Shown here one piece after another: positions 36,245 through 45,315 of a stretch of DNA of 64,000 bases. The notes beneath the pieces were generated by a model. It ran no database searches. It was given only the letters and a program-made list of their open reading frames with translations, and was not told the DNA's origin. Both the position numbers and the translations under genes were made by a program. The stretch's first letter is position 1; each line of letters opens with the position of its first letter. This DNA is from an uncultured virus (IMG/VR IMGVR_UViG_3300021964_000044) (lineage: Duplodnaviria > Heunggongvirae > Uroviricota > Caudoviricetes): the IMG/VR virus record IMGVR_UViG_3300021964_000044. One strand, written 5' to 3'.

Positions 36245-37324
36245 ATGGTCTCTTCCGTTCAGCCTCGTATTGAGGCGTCCGGCTGGGAGCAGTTCTGTGA
36301 ATGGGTGACTTCAACTAACAACCGGCTTTATGTCGGCTGGTTTGGCGTACTCATGATCCCGACGCTGCTTGCCGCCGCTATTTGCTTTACAGTGGCTTTT
36401 ATTGCCGCGCCTCCCGTCGACATTGACGGGATCCGTGAACCTGTTGCTGGAGCCCTGCTCTATGGAAACAACATCATTTCAGGAGCAGTTGTACCTAGCT
36501 CCAACGCAATCGGACTCCATCTCTACCCAATTTGGGAAGCTGCAAGCCTTGATGAATGGCTGTACAACGGCGGACCCTACCAGCTCGTTGTATTCCACTT
36601 CCTTATTGGTATCTTTGCTTACCTGGGACGTGAATGGGAACTTAGCTATCGATTAGGCATGCGCCCCTGGATCTGCGTTGCTTACAGCGCACCTGTGGCT
36701 GCTGCTTCTGCAGTGTTCCTGGTCTACCCCTTCGGTCAGGGTTCTTTCTCTGACGGCATGCCCCTGGGCATCTCTGGCACCTTCAACTTCATGCTGGTGT
36801 TCCAGGCCGAGCACAACATCCTGATGCACCCATTCCACATGCTGGGCGTGGCAGGTGTTTTCGGCGGCAGCTTGTTCTCCGCCATGCACGGTTCCCTGGT
36901 GACCTCCTCCCTGGTGCGTGAAACCACCGAGAGCGAGTCCCAGAACTACGGCTACAAGTTCGGCCAAGAGGAAGAGACCTACAACATCGTGGCTGCCCAC
37001 GGTTACTTCGGTCGCCTGATCTTCCAATATGCAAGTTTTAACAATTCTCGTAGCCTTCACTTTTTTCTGGCTGCTTGGCCTGTTGCTGGCATCTGGTTCA
37101 CTGCTCTTGGCGTGTCTACTATGGCCTTTAACCTTAATGGTTTCAATTTCAATCAGAGTGTTGTTGATTCTCAAAGCCGCGTCATCAACACTTGGGGTGA
37201 CATCCTCAATCGAGCCAATCTCGGAATGGAAGTCATGCATGAACGAAATGCTCACAACTTCCCCTTGGATCTTGCCGCCGCTGAATCCACGCAAGTGGCT
37301 CTAACTGCTCCAAGTATTGGCTAA
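36245..37324 (+). CDS. psbA: photosystem II D1 protein
   Basis: Unmistakable D1 sequence [14 protein letters not shown]...[13 protein letters not shown]; no intron. Confidence 0.99.
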   Translation: MVSSVQPRIEASGWEQFCEWVTSTNNRLYVGWFGVLMIPTLLAAAICFTVAFIAAPPVDIDGIREPVAGALLYGNNIISGAVVPSSNAIGLHLYPIWEAASLDEWLYNGGPYQLVVFHFLIGIFAYLGREWELSYRLGMRPWICVAYSAPVAAASAVFLVYPFGQGSFSDGMPLGISGTFNFMLVFQAEHNILMHPFHMLGVAGVFGGSLFSAMHGSLVTSSLVRETTESESQNYGYKFGQEEETYNIVAAHGYFGRLIFQYASFNNSRSLHFFLAAWPVAGIWFTALGVSTMAFNLNGFNFNQSVVDSQSRVINTWGDILNRANLGMEVMHERNAHNFPLDLAAAESTQVALTAPSIG

Positions 37325-37412
37325 CTTCTAAACCCAAACAATACTTAAAATTGGTCAACCTTTAATAAGAAATTTTCTTATTAAAACAAACCAGTTAAAC
37401 TTTAATAGACTA

Positions 37413-37436
37413 GGGGGACCTCGGTCCCTCTTTTTT
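37413..37436 (+). terminator. intrinsic terminator after psbA
   Basis: GGGGGACC-TC-GGTCCCTC followed by T6. Confidence 0.75.
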
Positions 37437-37614
37437 AATGGAAACGTGCTAAGAGAAATGATCACCTTGCTGGCCAAGTTAGTGGTTACAGCTTTTACAG
37501 TTTTTATCCTCCTGTGTATCAGTTTTCAATAGGTGTCAGTATCCGTACTGTCTACACGTTGCTTTTTGATTTAGCAGTGTTAATTTTTTAATGTCCTTCT
37601 TATTTTTAAAGACG

Positions 37615-37971
37615 ATGTTTAAGAAAGCTCTCGGCACGCTGGCCGTTCTTGTTGCCGGTAGCCCCGCTGCTTTTGCTGGCCCTTATGTGAATGTGGAGTC
37701 CAATCTCGGTTGGGCTGGAAATACCTACGGTGGTGCTATTCATGAGGCACATGTAGGCTGGGAAGGCACTAACGGTGACGCTTCTTACTACATTCAGGGC
37801 GGCCCTGCTTACCTGGCTCCTAATGGTGCAGATGGTGAGTTTGAGTTCTCTGCCAAAGCAGGTGGTGGCATTGGTGTGACCGAAAACGTTTCTGTGTATG
37901 GTGAGCTCAGCATGCTGACCGGCGAGACGAATGGTTATGGCGCCAAAGCAGGTGTGAAGTACACCTTCTGA
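37615..37971 (+). CDS. small outer-membrane beta-barrel-like protein of picocyanobacterial type
   Basis: Signal peptide ending AFA, GPYVNVE, HVGWEG, terminal GVKYTF beta-signal. Confidence 0.75.
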   Translation: MFKKALGTLAVLVAGSPAAFAGPYVNVESNLGWAGNTYGGAIHEAHVGWEGTNGDASYYIQGGPAYLAPNGADGEFEFSAKAGGGIGVTENVSVYGELSMLTGETNGYGAKAGVKYTF

Positions 37972-37990
37972 TAACTAGATAACACGATGG

Positions 37991-38017
37991 CCTGGGTGTT
38001 AATCACCCAGGTTTTTT
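37991..38017 (+). terminator. intrinsic terminator
   Basis: CCTGGGTG-TTAAT-CACCCAGG followed by T6. Confidence 0.85.
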
Positions 38018-38044
38018 AATGTTTGTGCAGATTAAAATTGATGC

Positions 38045-38290
38045 ATGGCACAAGACGATAAGAAATACACCAAACCAGGGGTGCGGGAGCGTCTGAAGGA
38101 CCGTATTAAAGCTGGTTCAAAGGGAGGCAAGCCTGGTCAATGGTCAGCACGCAAGGCCCAGATGTTGGCCAAAGCCTACAAAGAGAAGGGTGGCGGCTAT
38201 AAAGGTGGCAAGAGTGAGAAACAAAAAGATCTGAAACGTTGGGGTAAAGAGAAGTGGATGACTCGTGAAGAGTACGAAAAAAAGAAGTGA
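38045..38290 (+). CDS. DUF5872-like protein, N-terminal half
   Basis: YTKP..RERLK..I.AG.KGGKPGQWSARKAQ.LA..Y...GGGY. Confidence 0.75.
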   Translation: MAQDDKKYTKPGVRERLKDRIKAGSKGGKPGQWSARKAQMLAKAYKEKGGGYKGGKSEKQKDLKRWGKEKWMTREEYEKKK

Positions 38291-38318
38291 TTTAAACTAG
38301 AAATAACGCGGAAAGATT

Positions 38319-38663
38319 ATGGCAACTACTTACTTTCAAGACACTATTTTTGATTTCAGTCCAACGCTAAGTGCTCCTGGCTTGGGAAGTCTTTTGCAGG
38401 TTGCCGTAAACAATACTTTCCGCACAACTGACTATACTCTCATTGTTAACGTTACTAATATCAATACGAACGTTATTGTTCAGCTCGACGGGAGCATTGA
38501 TGGGACTAATTTTGCACAGATCATTGGTCCTCAAACTATTACGACCAATGGTCCTAAAGTTTTCAGTGTTTCAGGGCGTCCAGTGAAGTGGGTGCGTCCT
38601 CGATTTGTTTCTGAAACCGGTGGCACTTCTGCATTAGTTACCTTTAACGTTGCTGCAGCCTGA
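38319..38663 (+). CDS. hypothetical beta-sandwich structural protein
   Basis: V.LDGSIDGTNF, WVRPRF pattern. Confidence 0.6.
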   Translation: MATTYFQDTIFDFSPTLSAPGLGSLLQVAVNNTFRTTDYTLIVNVTNINTNVIVQLDGSIDGTNFAQIIGPQTITTNGPKVFSVSGRPVKWVRPRFVSETGGTSALVTFNVAAA

Positions 38664-39532
38664 TGGAGTTTTTACGTATGGCTGGAGATGCCTGGAAGAA
38701 GGCAGATAAGGCCCTGGGAGGCTGGCTCCCTGGTGGCGGCACTGCGTCTCCAGTTACTGCGGCTAGTCAAAGAGCTCAGCGTGATTACAACGAGAAGATT
38801 CGTCGTCGTGTTGAGATGAGAGATGCACCTGTTGGAACGCCTGGCCGTTTTGCTGGTGAAGGTCAAGTCATGAATGCGCTCCGAGCGACTACAAGAGCAG
38901 GTGCAAATCCAATAGGTCTTGCGCTTGGAAACACCGAAGATGTAAGAAAACTTGCAACACATTATCAACAAAATCCTGCTCAACAAAATGAGTATGATCT
39001 CAATACCAATATGATGCTGCGTTACTTATCAGGAACTGGCGCAGAAGGAATGAGAGTTTCTCCTGAAGTCGGCAGGCAGATCTATTCTGATATACGTGAA
39101 CAAGAAGAGAAATTCCAAGATCCTCAGTATAGGGACGCAGTGATTAATCAAAGCGCTGTTCCGTACATAAAAGAAAATTTACTTAAAGGTAAGACAGGTG
39201 TTTATTACGGGGGCTCTACAGAAGCGGTCGCTCCTGCTAGATCTTTGTTACCTACAGATGTAGGACAACGTTGGCAGTTAGCCAGGTCATTAGGTTCGTA
39301 TTGGTCAGAACCTATGGCTGGTAGTGAAGGAAGGAGGATTGAGGATAGGTACAATTTCCCTTATGCTCCTTCAAGCAAAGAGGGGTCTAAAGGTGAATCA
39401 GAAGGTACTTTCTTCGTTCCTACAGGCCCAGCAAATGTTGGGCGCCGTTTAGTTCAACAAGGTTTTGGTACGCCTTTTGGCTACACCATGGACGTTCAGC
39501 CTAGTGGGGAGGTAACAGTTCGTGGCAGATAA
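38663..39532 (+). CDS. putative virion protein
   Basis: ADKALGGWLPGGGT N-terminal motif; 289 aa. Confidence 0.55.
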   Translation: MEFLRMAGDAWKKADKALGGWLPGGGTASPVTAASQRAQRDYNEKIRRRVEMRDAPVGTPGRFAGEGQVMNALRATTRAGANPIGLALGNTEDVRKLATHYQQNPAQQNEYDLNTNMMLRYLSGTGAEGMRVSPEVGRQIYSDIREQEEKFQDPQYRDAVINQSAVPYIKENLLKGKTGVYYGGSTEAVAPARSLLPTDVGQRWQLARSLGSYWSEPMAGSEGRRIEDRYNFPYAPSSKEGSKGESEGTFFVPTGPANVGRRLVQQGFGTPFGYTMDVQPSGEVTVRGR

Positions 39533-39731
39533 AGCAATTGAAAGGGGGAGGACAGAGCGTTACCTCCCTGAGAAAGCCTGGGCCAAGCTGAGTAAAGAAG
39601 AGCGTCGTGAGACCGACGAAAAGAAGAAGGCAGCTAGTCGTGAAGGCAAACAGTTTGTTCCTAACACTGAGCGTGCAAAGAAAGCACGCAAGGCGGTTAG
39701 TAAGGCTGAGAAACGTAAAATGAATAGATGA
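39522..39731 (+). CDS. DUF5872-like protein, C-terminal half
   Basis: RYLPEKAW.KLS.EER.ETD.KK...SR.GKQFVPNT. Confidence 0.7.
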   Translation: MADKAIERGRTERYLPEKAWAKLSKEERRETDEKKKAASREGKQFVPNTERAKKARKAVSKAEKRKMNR

Positions 39732-39732
39732 G

Positions 39733-40347
39733 GTGAATATGATTCCGTTATTTATTGGCGACAGCATTGCTGAAGGTTATCGCAACCAGGGTGAGGGAAC
39801 CACACTCGTCGGGGCTTCCCCTAGCAAAGTGCTTAATTTCCTGCAACAGGATTTAGCGCGTGATCCGGATGCTTACCGGGGGCGCTTAATCAATCTATCT
39901 ACAGGTGTCAGTAATAATCCAACTGATTTGTCATCTATCCAAAAGCAATTTGAGTTGCTCTCTAAAACGGGAGCCGTTGTAAATGTGCTCGGTGCCGCCA
40001 AAGGAACCTACGACCCACAGAACCGGCAGTTACAGCAACTGTCTGATCAGTTTGGACTGCGATTTTTAGGCGGCTTTGATCCTGGTCAAGATCGTGTGCA
40101 CCCTCTATCTTATAGTTCTTACAACGGCATTGATCTTTCTACGCCTTTTACTGCAACTTCAGACCAGCGAGATGATCAGCCAATTGGAGACAGCACGCAG
40201 CAAAAGGTTGAAAAAGTTCTAGCAAAGTACAAGGGCATTGCTGGAGAACTCAACAAGAGTACAGGTGAATTTACTGAGCGTGGGTGGACGCCTGAAGAGG
40301 CGAAGCGTTACGACTACTATAAAAAATTAAAAGAATCAAACAGGTAG
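39733..40347 (+). CDS. SGNH/GDSL-like hydrolase domain protein
   Basis: FIGDSIA (block I), STGVSNN (block III), DRVHP (block V). Confidence 0.7.
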   Translation: MNMIPLFIGDSIAEGYRNQGEGTTLVGASPSKVLNFLQQDLARDPDAYRGRLINLSTGVSNNPTDLSSIQKQFELLSKTGAVVNVLGAAKGTYDPQNRQLQQLSDQFGLRFLGGFDPGQDRVHPLSYSSYNGIDLSTPFTATSDQRDDQPIGDSTQQKVEKVLAKYKGIAGELNKSTGEFTERGWTPEEAKRYDYYKKLKESNR

Positions 40348-40382
40348 TGTTGGTAAAGTAATTAAAGTAACGAGCTGTACAT

Positions 40383-40700
40383 ATGCTGTCGACAGAGTAT
40401 CGTCTTCGTCTGGAGTTTATCTGCAATCGGATTGCAAAGGGAGAAGAGGTCAAGCTTGACGATATGATTTGGGCTGACAAGTTGGGGAAGGCGAATCGAT
40501 CTGCTGGCGAGATGCTACGTAAAGCCCGTCGTCATGCAAACAACCCTGAGATGATCGAGGGTTCAATGGACGACTTCCTTAACCAACTTGACATTGGTGA
40601 CCCGGATCCTACTCGGCATACGACTGGGTTCAAGAGTGCCGACGAAATTGTGGAATGGTTTCAGCAGGATAAGCCCAACGATTGGCGCCAACGTGACTGA
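40383..40700 (+). CDS. conserved cyanophage hypothetical protein
   Basis: MLST.YRLRLE.IC..I...EEV.L.DMIWA.KL; DWRQRD. Confidence 0.75.
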   Translation: MLSTEYRLRLEFICNRIAKGEEVKLDDMIWADKLGKANRSAGEMLRKARRHANNPEMIEGSMDDFLNQLDIGDPDPTRHTTGFKSADEIVEWFQQDKPNDWRQRD

Positions 40701-40780
40701 AAAGCCGAAAATCAATCCAGTTATTGTTCTTTTCATCTACTTAATTATTCTCTTCTGTCTTAACAATTTTTAGCTGTAAA

Positions 40781-40846
40781 TTTTCTTTAATATTATTTAC
40801 ATTGCATGTACGATTTGCCATGCTTTGCAAATAATATTAAAGAAAA
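40781..40846. repeat. perfect 18-bp AT-rich inverted repeat
   Basis: TTTTCTTTAATATTATTT (40781-40798) / AAATAATATTAAAGAAAA (40829-40846). Confidence 0.85.
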
Positions 40847-40856
40847 ACTTAGCTCA

Positions 40857-41021
40857 CTATTTTATCAACTTTTCGATCTTGTCTAGGACCATGCCAAGGT
40901 CTTCGTAGTCGCGTGTGAATGAGTTATTCCAGGCGAGCTTGTCCTTTGCGCTTTGAACTGCTGTATAAATCACCTCAAGCTCATCTTCCGAGAGGCAGAT
41001 GTCTTCGCATTTGAGTGCCAT
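40857..41021 (-). CDS. hypothetical 54-aa protein
   Basis: Read manually: MALKCEDICLSEDELEVIYTAVQ... Confidence 0.5.
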   Translation of the reverse strand: MALKCEDICLSEDELEVIYTAVQSAKDKLAWNNSFTRDYEDLGMVLDKIEKLIK

Positions 41022-41079
41022 TGTTCTTGTTCCTGATTGATCCTTAACTATTATAGTTTTGTCAGCGTTTACAGACAGT

Positions 41080-41121
41080 AAAAATCGACACTAATTACAG
41101 AAATCTGTAATCAATGCCGAT
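41080..41121 (-). terminator. long-stem terminator
   Basis: ATCGGCATTGATTACAG / CTGTAATTAGTGTCGAT 17-bp stem with GU pairs, then a T run. Confidence 0.7.
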
Positions 41122-41138
41122 CTGATTTGGTGAGTTGA

Positions 41139-41396
41139 TTAGGCGTCAGGGGCTTGCTGGCTTGCGATCATCTCCTGGTAGGAGTTAATGACATCACGGG
41201 TCCACAGTGCGTTTGCAACAGCTTGCATTTCAGCGCACTCACCAGTCATGTCAGAGCCAGGGGTCTTGACGTGGCGGTGGTAAGTACGACCCACCTCAAC
41301 GCCGTCCTTTTCAACGATGTCAGCACGACGGCATTGAAGGATATTGTAAGGAGGGATAATTTCAATTTTGTGTTCGTGTCGTTCGGTAAAAGCCAT
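41139..41396 (-). CDS. tail-fibre-associated small protein
   Basis: KIEI......Q.R....V.KDGVE..RTYHRHV..PG...A.ALWT; typical partner of the upstream fibre gene. Confidence 0.65.
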   Translation of the reverse strand: MAFTERHEHKIEIIPPYNILQCRRADIVEKDGVEVGRTYHRHVKTPGSDMTGECAEMQAVANALWTRDVINSYQEMIASQQAPDA

Positions 41397-41451
41397 TAAG
41401 GGAATCCTCCAGATTCAATAGGTTTAGGCTTAGTTTTGAGCCGTTGCGGGC

Positions 41452-42075
41452 TTAGTCAACATTATAAAAACCAGTGACGTAGAGGACGTTGTCATTAGCG
41501 GTAGTATCAAGGTCAGTTACCTTGCTGGGAAGAGTTGATCCACTTACTGATGTCCGGTAATACAATGTTGCCGCCGCCAAACCATCAGTCCTGACTAGAA
41601 TAGCTGAGGGGATTTCGCCTGCCCACGCTGAAACAAAACCTACCGTTAAAGCGGCGCCTTGAGTAGTAGTAATCGGCGTAAATGGTAAACCACCAACATA
41701 TAGATTACCTGATGCCGTACCAACGGTTATAGCATCAGTTCTCAGATAAATTCTGACATAACAAACATCCCCAATTTTTGTATACTTTCCAGAAGTTCCG
41801 GGGTCATAAGTTATAGATGTAAATGCACCGTCTGCTGGTTCATATATTGGCGTAAATGTACCCTCCTCATAATCATCCAGCAGCTCACTGGTTACATTGC
41901 CAGAGCCATCAGGAGTAGCACTAAAGTCAATACCGCTGTTGTTTGCAAGCACTAAGTTGCCTGCACTAATACTTAAATTACCGCTTCCATCTAACGTTGC
42001 ATTGTTTGCACCGTTCTTTAATGCAGTTGGGCCTTCAACTGATACGTCAAATAGCTGACATTTAGTTTGACTCAT
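41452..42075 (-). CDS. tail fibre-like protein
   Basis: GIDFSAT...SELLDDYEEGTFTP, YTKIG.V, GLPF. Confidence 0.75.
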   Translation of the reverse strand: MSQTKCQLFDVSVEGPTALKNGANNATLDGSGNLSISAGNLVLANNSGIDFSATPDGSGNVTSELLDDYEEGTFTPIYEPADGAFTSITYDPGTSGKYTKIGDVCYVRIYLRTDAITVGTASGNLYVGGLPFTPITTTQGAALTVGFVSAWAGEIPSAILVRTDGLAAATLYYRTSVSGSTLPSKVTDLDTTANDNVLYVTGFYNVD

Positions 42076-42120
42076 CTTCTACTTAACCTTTAATACTTTT
42101 AATTTTAGATCAAAGAAGTA

Positions 42121-42315
42121 TTATACGTAATCAACAGTTTCTTTCATGAACTCATTCAACCCTCTGGAGAAGCAGAGGCTTATGAAAGCTGCCTGTGTGG
42201 TCCCTTTTGGAAGCCTGCCGCTTTCACAGAGAGAATCGAGTGTCGATGCCAGCAAAAGCTTTTCACCACTGCTTTTAATCAATGGGAAATATTTTTGCAT
42301 TGAGTCGTCCGCCAT
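42121..42315 (-). CDS. hypothetical protein
   Basis: 64-aa ORF with TTAGAAT box upstream. Confidence 0.5.
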   Translation of the reverse strand: MADDSMQKYFPLIKSSGEKLLLASTLDSLCESGRLPKGTTQAAFISLCFSRGLNEFMKETVDYV

Positions 42316-42361
42316 AGTTATTCTGCGACTTCAACATATTCTAAGTCGATGTGCCTAAGCC

Positions 42362-42613
42362 TCAGGAATCACCGTCAAACAATAGGAATTTTTTAACATC
42401 TTTATCCTTAGCCTCGATCAAGTTAGCGATCATCTTGAGCTTCTTTTCAGCGTTCAAAGCCCTGGTGCTCCAGTAGACAAGGTGCCGATTGGTTTTATCT
42501 AACTCTGTCTCTAAAGCGGTTTGGAATAAAGCGGAGGGACTGATCTGCACTTCAGACTCCTTCCACTTTGTATGTAATGCTTCAGGGACCGAGACACTGA
42601 GTACAACTGCCAC
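42362..42613 (-). CDS. ribbon-helix-helix (CcdA-like) protein with coiled coil
   Basis: LSVSVPEALH..WK......SPSALFQTALE.EL. Confidence 0.55.
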   Translation of the reverse strand: MAVVLSVSVPEALHTKWKESEVQISPSALFQTALETELDKTNRHLVYWSTRALNAEKKLKMIANLIEAKDKDVKKFLLFDGDS

Positions 42614-42673
42614 TACACAAAAAAAATGCTATCCATAAGATAGCATGTCACATTTAATTTTATTCTGTTGTAG

Positions 42674-42877
42674 TCATCTACTGTTTTTCAAACCTGGCGC
42701 CATAAGCTCAGCGACTGGAGTCATTGGCATCGGTTCACTGACACAGAGAGTGCTCGCCATCCTGACAGTATTCGCAAAATCTTCCGCATGGTCTAGGGTC
42801 GGAAAATGTGCAGCGTGGGCATCGTGATCCACGTGGTAGATCAGGACGACCCAAGACGAGACTGGGAATGAAGACAT
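42674..42877 (-). CDS. hypothetical protein
   Basis: 67-aa ORF. Confidence 0.5.
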   Translation of the reverse strand: MSSFPVSSWVVLIYHVDHDAHAAHFPTLDHAEDFANTVRMASTLCVSEPMPMTPVAELMAPGLKNSR

Positions 42878-42950
42878 CGGGTTAATCAGAACTCACGTAG
42901 GGTAGCTAAACCGTAAGGCTTGTCCTGACTTTTGAAACTATTTAATAGTT

Positions 42951-43151
42951 TTACCCTACGACGAATGGACCTGACTTATAGAACACGTCAGGGTTTCGGC
43001 GAACTAGATCGTCGGCTTCTTCGTGGTTCGTGACCTTAATCACTTCTGGACGACCTGCTGTCGCTCTAGTCAAAACCGCCCATCCGAGATTGATTGCGGT
43101 GCCTTGCTCGTCTACTCCAACCATGGTAGATATTTTTCTCGCGTATTTCAT
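42951..43151 (-). CDS. hypothetical protein
   Basis: ATG 43151 chosen; 66 aa. Confidence 0.5.
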   Translation of the reverse strand: MKYARKISTMVGVDEQGTAINLGWAVLTRATAGRPEVIKVTNHEEADDLVRRNPDVFYKSGPFVVG

Positions 43152-43194
43152 TATGCGGTGAATAAATCTGCACTGTGCATGGCGTTGTCCCAAC

Positions 43195-43243
43195 AAAAAA
43201 CCATTGCTACAACTGAAGTCTGAGCACTTCAGAGTAACAATGG
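43195..43243 (-). terminator. long-stem terminator
   Basis: CCATTGTTAC.CTGAAGT / ACTTCAG..GTAGCAATGG followed by T6. Confidence 0.7.
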
Positions 43244-43277
43244 CTTTGAGGTTGATCCTAGAAAAATTCTTAAGGAT

Positions 43278-43511
43278 TTAGAAGAGGGGGTCGTCCAGGG
43301 TTATCGGGTCGATGGCTAGGGAATCGTCTACGATTCGGACAGGACTTCCGAGGAGCATTGATGCTGCCACAGCCTGTGCAAGGTACTGCTGTTGCTTTAC
43401 AGGGTCAACAGGGCCGCCGCTGAGGAGTTGTCCTGCTGCAGCTTGCTGCATGTTGAGGAGCTGCTGACGAGGGGTAAACAAACCCATGACGAATAGGGTA
43501 TGGAACACCAC
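43278..43511 (-). CDS. hypothetical protein
   Basis: Gln/Ala-rich ORF. Confidence 0.5.
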   Translation of the reverse strand: MVFHTLFVMGLFTPRQQLLNMQQAAAGQLLSGGPVDPVKQQQYLAQAVAASMLLGSPVRIVDDSLAIDPITLDDPLF

Positions 43512-43789
43512 TACGATACATCAGCTGGGTCGAACCTGTCGCGATCGTGGTACTGCGGCAACAAATATTCAGGGACGAATGAGTATTTGATGCTGTCGAT
43601 CAGCTCTAAGGATTGGTCCATGGCCAGCTCCTGCTCACCGTGGATAGTGTCGAGGAAGATTGGATCGTCCATCAAGTCTTCCAAGCAACGGTATGCCGTT
43701 TCCAACGTTTCGACAATGTGTTGATAGCGCTTATCGATATCGGTGGAGTCCATCATGGATTTGATGTATGCAGTGTGGAGGTTTGCCAC
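43511..43789 (-). CDS. hypothetical acidic protein
   Basis: 92-aa ORF. Confidence 0.6.
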   Translation of the reverse strand: MANLHTAYIKSMMDSTDIDKRYQHIVETLETAYRCLEDLMDDPIFLDTIHGEQELAMDQSLELIDSIKYSFVPEYLLPQYHDRDRFDPADVS

Positions 43790-43801
43790 AGATATTTTAA
43801 T

Positions 43802-44107
43802 TTAGTTATCTTTGTCAGCATGCCAAGGAGCACTTATTTCCAGGGTATAACCTATGACAGTTCCTGTTTCGGGATCTTCTTCAATGAATTCACGTGTTAT
43901 CGGGTCTGGCATCCCCTCATTTAGGTTTAAATCTCCGATCTGTGCATCAACTTTCGCCATGGTCCTTTCGGTACGCCATTCGACCCAATCAACAAACGAG
44001 TGACTTCGAATCATTTCCACGATGCGGTTGTACTCCCACCTTGGATCAGCGTGGATCATCCAGTCAGTCACTTCATAGGCAATAGCATTCCAAACGTTGT
44101 AGTCCAT
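43802..44107 (-). CDS. hypothetical protein
   Basis: ATG 44107 chosen (MDYNVWN...). Confidence 0.55.
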   Translation of the reverse strand: MDYNVWNAIAYEVTDWMIHADPRWEYNRIVEMIRSHSFVDWVEWRTERTMAKVDAQIGDLNLNEGMPDPITREFIEEDPETGTVIGYTLEISAPWHADKDN

Positions 44108-44177
44108 GGCACAAACTTCAGATACATATCCATTCTCGTACGGATATTCTGTATAGTAGATAAAAATTTCTTTTACC

Positions 44178-44294
44178 ATGCCCTGGATCCACAAGAACGG
44201 TAAGTCTTCACCTGACAAACGCTTTAAAAATTTTAAATCTCAAGCTAAGACCAACGGCGCCAAGAAATCTGGACAGACACGCAAGAAAAAATAA
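44178..44294 (+). CDS. small basic protein (38 aa)
   Basis: Read manually: MPWIHKNGKSSPDKRFKNFKSQAK... Confidence 0.5.
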   Translation: MPWIHKNGKSSPDKRFKNFKSQAKTNGAKKSGQTRKKK

Positions 44295-44334
44295 ACTGTA
44301 TCGGCATGAACTCCCGGAAAATTTTATTAGATCC

Positions 44335-44362
44335 TATAATTTTTGTATAAACAACTACAAAA
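44335..44362 (+). promoter_or_regulatory. -10 box immediately followed by a consensus NtcA box
   Basis: TATAAT at 44335-44340; TTTT-GTA-TAAACAAC-TAC-AAAA at 44341-44362. Confidence 0.7.
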
Positions 44363-44369
44363 TATACAA

Positions 44370-44507
44370 ATGAAACCGGCATTCATTCAATACATCCAAG
44401 CTCAGAAGAAGCGCGAGGCTCGCAAAGCTCTTCAATACACCCATGCTGTCCGTCAGGATGCAATAGAAGGTCGCAAAATTGCATGTACCCTTGTCGAGTG
44501 CAAGTAA
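44370..44507 (+). CDS. 45-aa basic helical microprotein behind an NtcA box
   Basis: Read manually: MKPAFIQYIQAQKKREARKALQYTHAVRQDAIEGRKIACTLVECK*. Confidence 0.6.
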   Translation: MKPAFIQYIQAQKKREARKALQYTHAVRQDAIEGRKIACTLVECK

Positions 44508-44521
44508 TTTCACTCGCCTAA

Positions 44522-45082
44522 ATGCGTGCAAAGATTGACTTTGAGCAGAAACTCAGAGAGAGGGCTGCAGTCATTGCGAACACTGTGATCAGTCAGCAGG
44601 ATTTTTACAGTTCTCCTGACTGCAGCTACAACCAGAAACAATTACTTGAGACGATGGTAGGGGCCGCCCTGTGGTACTTACCCCAGTCAAATGAGCTGTG
44701 GACGGGCTGCATTTCTGTTGGTGCAGTGAAAGAGTTTGTCAATAGCAGTGAACCGAAGTCCGTCAAGCTGACAAAAGATCACCACTATCCTCGCAAGGTT
44801 TCTGCTGCTGAGCTGTTTTCTCTCGACTGGCGGAAGATCGAGGATCCTGTGGCGGAAGTTCATAACCGTTACGTTGAAAGATATGGGCAGTACAACTATG
44901 TTCTCCCTCTAGAGAATAAAAAGCTGGTCAAGTACCAGAAGACAAACACGTTTATTTCCCCAGAGGAATCCTATCGTCAAGCAGGGATAAAGCTTTTACC
45001 TTTGACTGCAGAGCAGCTATCGGATCTGCGCACTGGTAACAGATATTTTGCTGCAGAATTAATTGTTACGCACACTTCTTAA
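44522..45082 (+). CDS. hypothetical protein, possible HNH-like nuclease
   Basis: TKDHHYPRK, EN.KL, Y..AGI.L. Confidence 0.55.
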   Translation: MRAKIDFEQKLRERAAVIANTVISQQDFYSSPDCSYNQKQLLETMVGAALWYLPQSNELWTGCISVGAVKEFVNSSEPKSVKLTKDHHYPRKVSAAELFSLDWRKIEDPVAEVHNRYVERYGQYNYVLPLENKKLVKYQKTNTFISPEESYRQAGIKLLPLTAEQLSDLRTGNRYFAAELIVTHTS

Positions 45083-45120
45083 AACTTGTAGTACACTCAG
45101 GCTGCCTTTTACTTTTACCA

Positions 45121-45315
45121 ATGGCAGCCCAGGTTAATTTTGAAGTTGTACGCGACGAAGACTTAGATCTTTACCGTGGTGAAATGACTGTGACAGTTCC
45201 TCCCATTTCCGTCGTCAGGTACAAAGCTGATCGGAGTGACTTTCAGTATGAGATGCGTAATGCTGTGACTGAAATTGTCGGCGAGGTCGTCGAGAAGGCT
45301 ATGAAGAACTGGTGA
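45121..45315 (+). CDS. hypothetical protein
   Basis: 64-aa ORF. Confidence 0.6.
   Translation: MAAQVNFEVVRDEDLDLYRGEMTVTVPPISVVRYKADRSDFQYEMRNAVTEIVGEVVEKAMKNW

Noticed and set aside
36653..37294. 213-aa antisense ORF over psbA
   Set aside because: Shadow of biased codon usage in a well-established gene
37458..37532. 24-aa hydrophobic ORF after the psbA terminator
   Set aside because: Too short and T-rich to distinguish from chance without homologues
37535..37548. GTC-N8-TAC upstream of the outer-membrane protein gene
   Set aside because: Non-consensus NtcA box with no properly spaced -10 element
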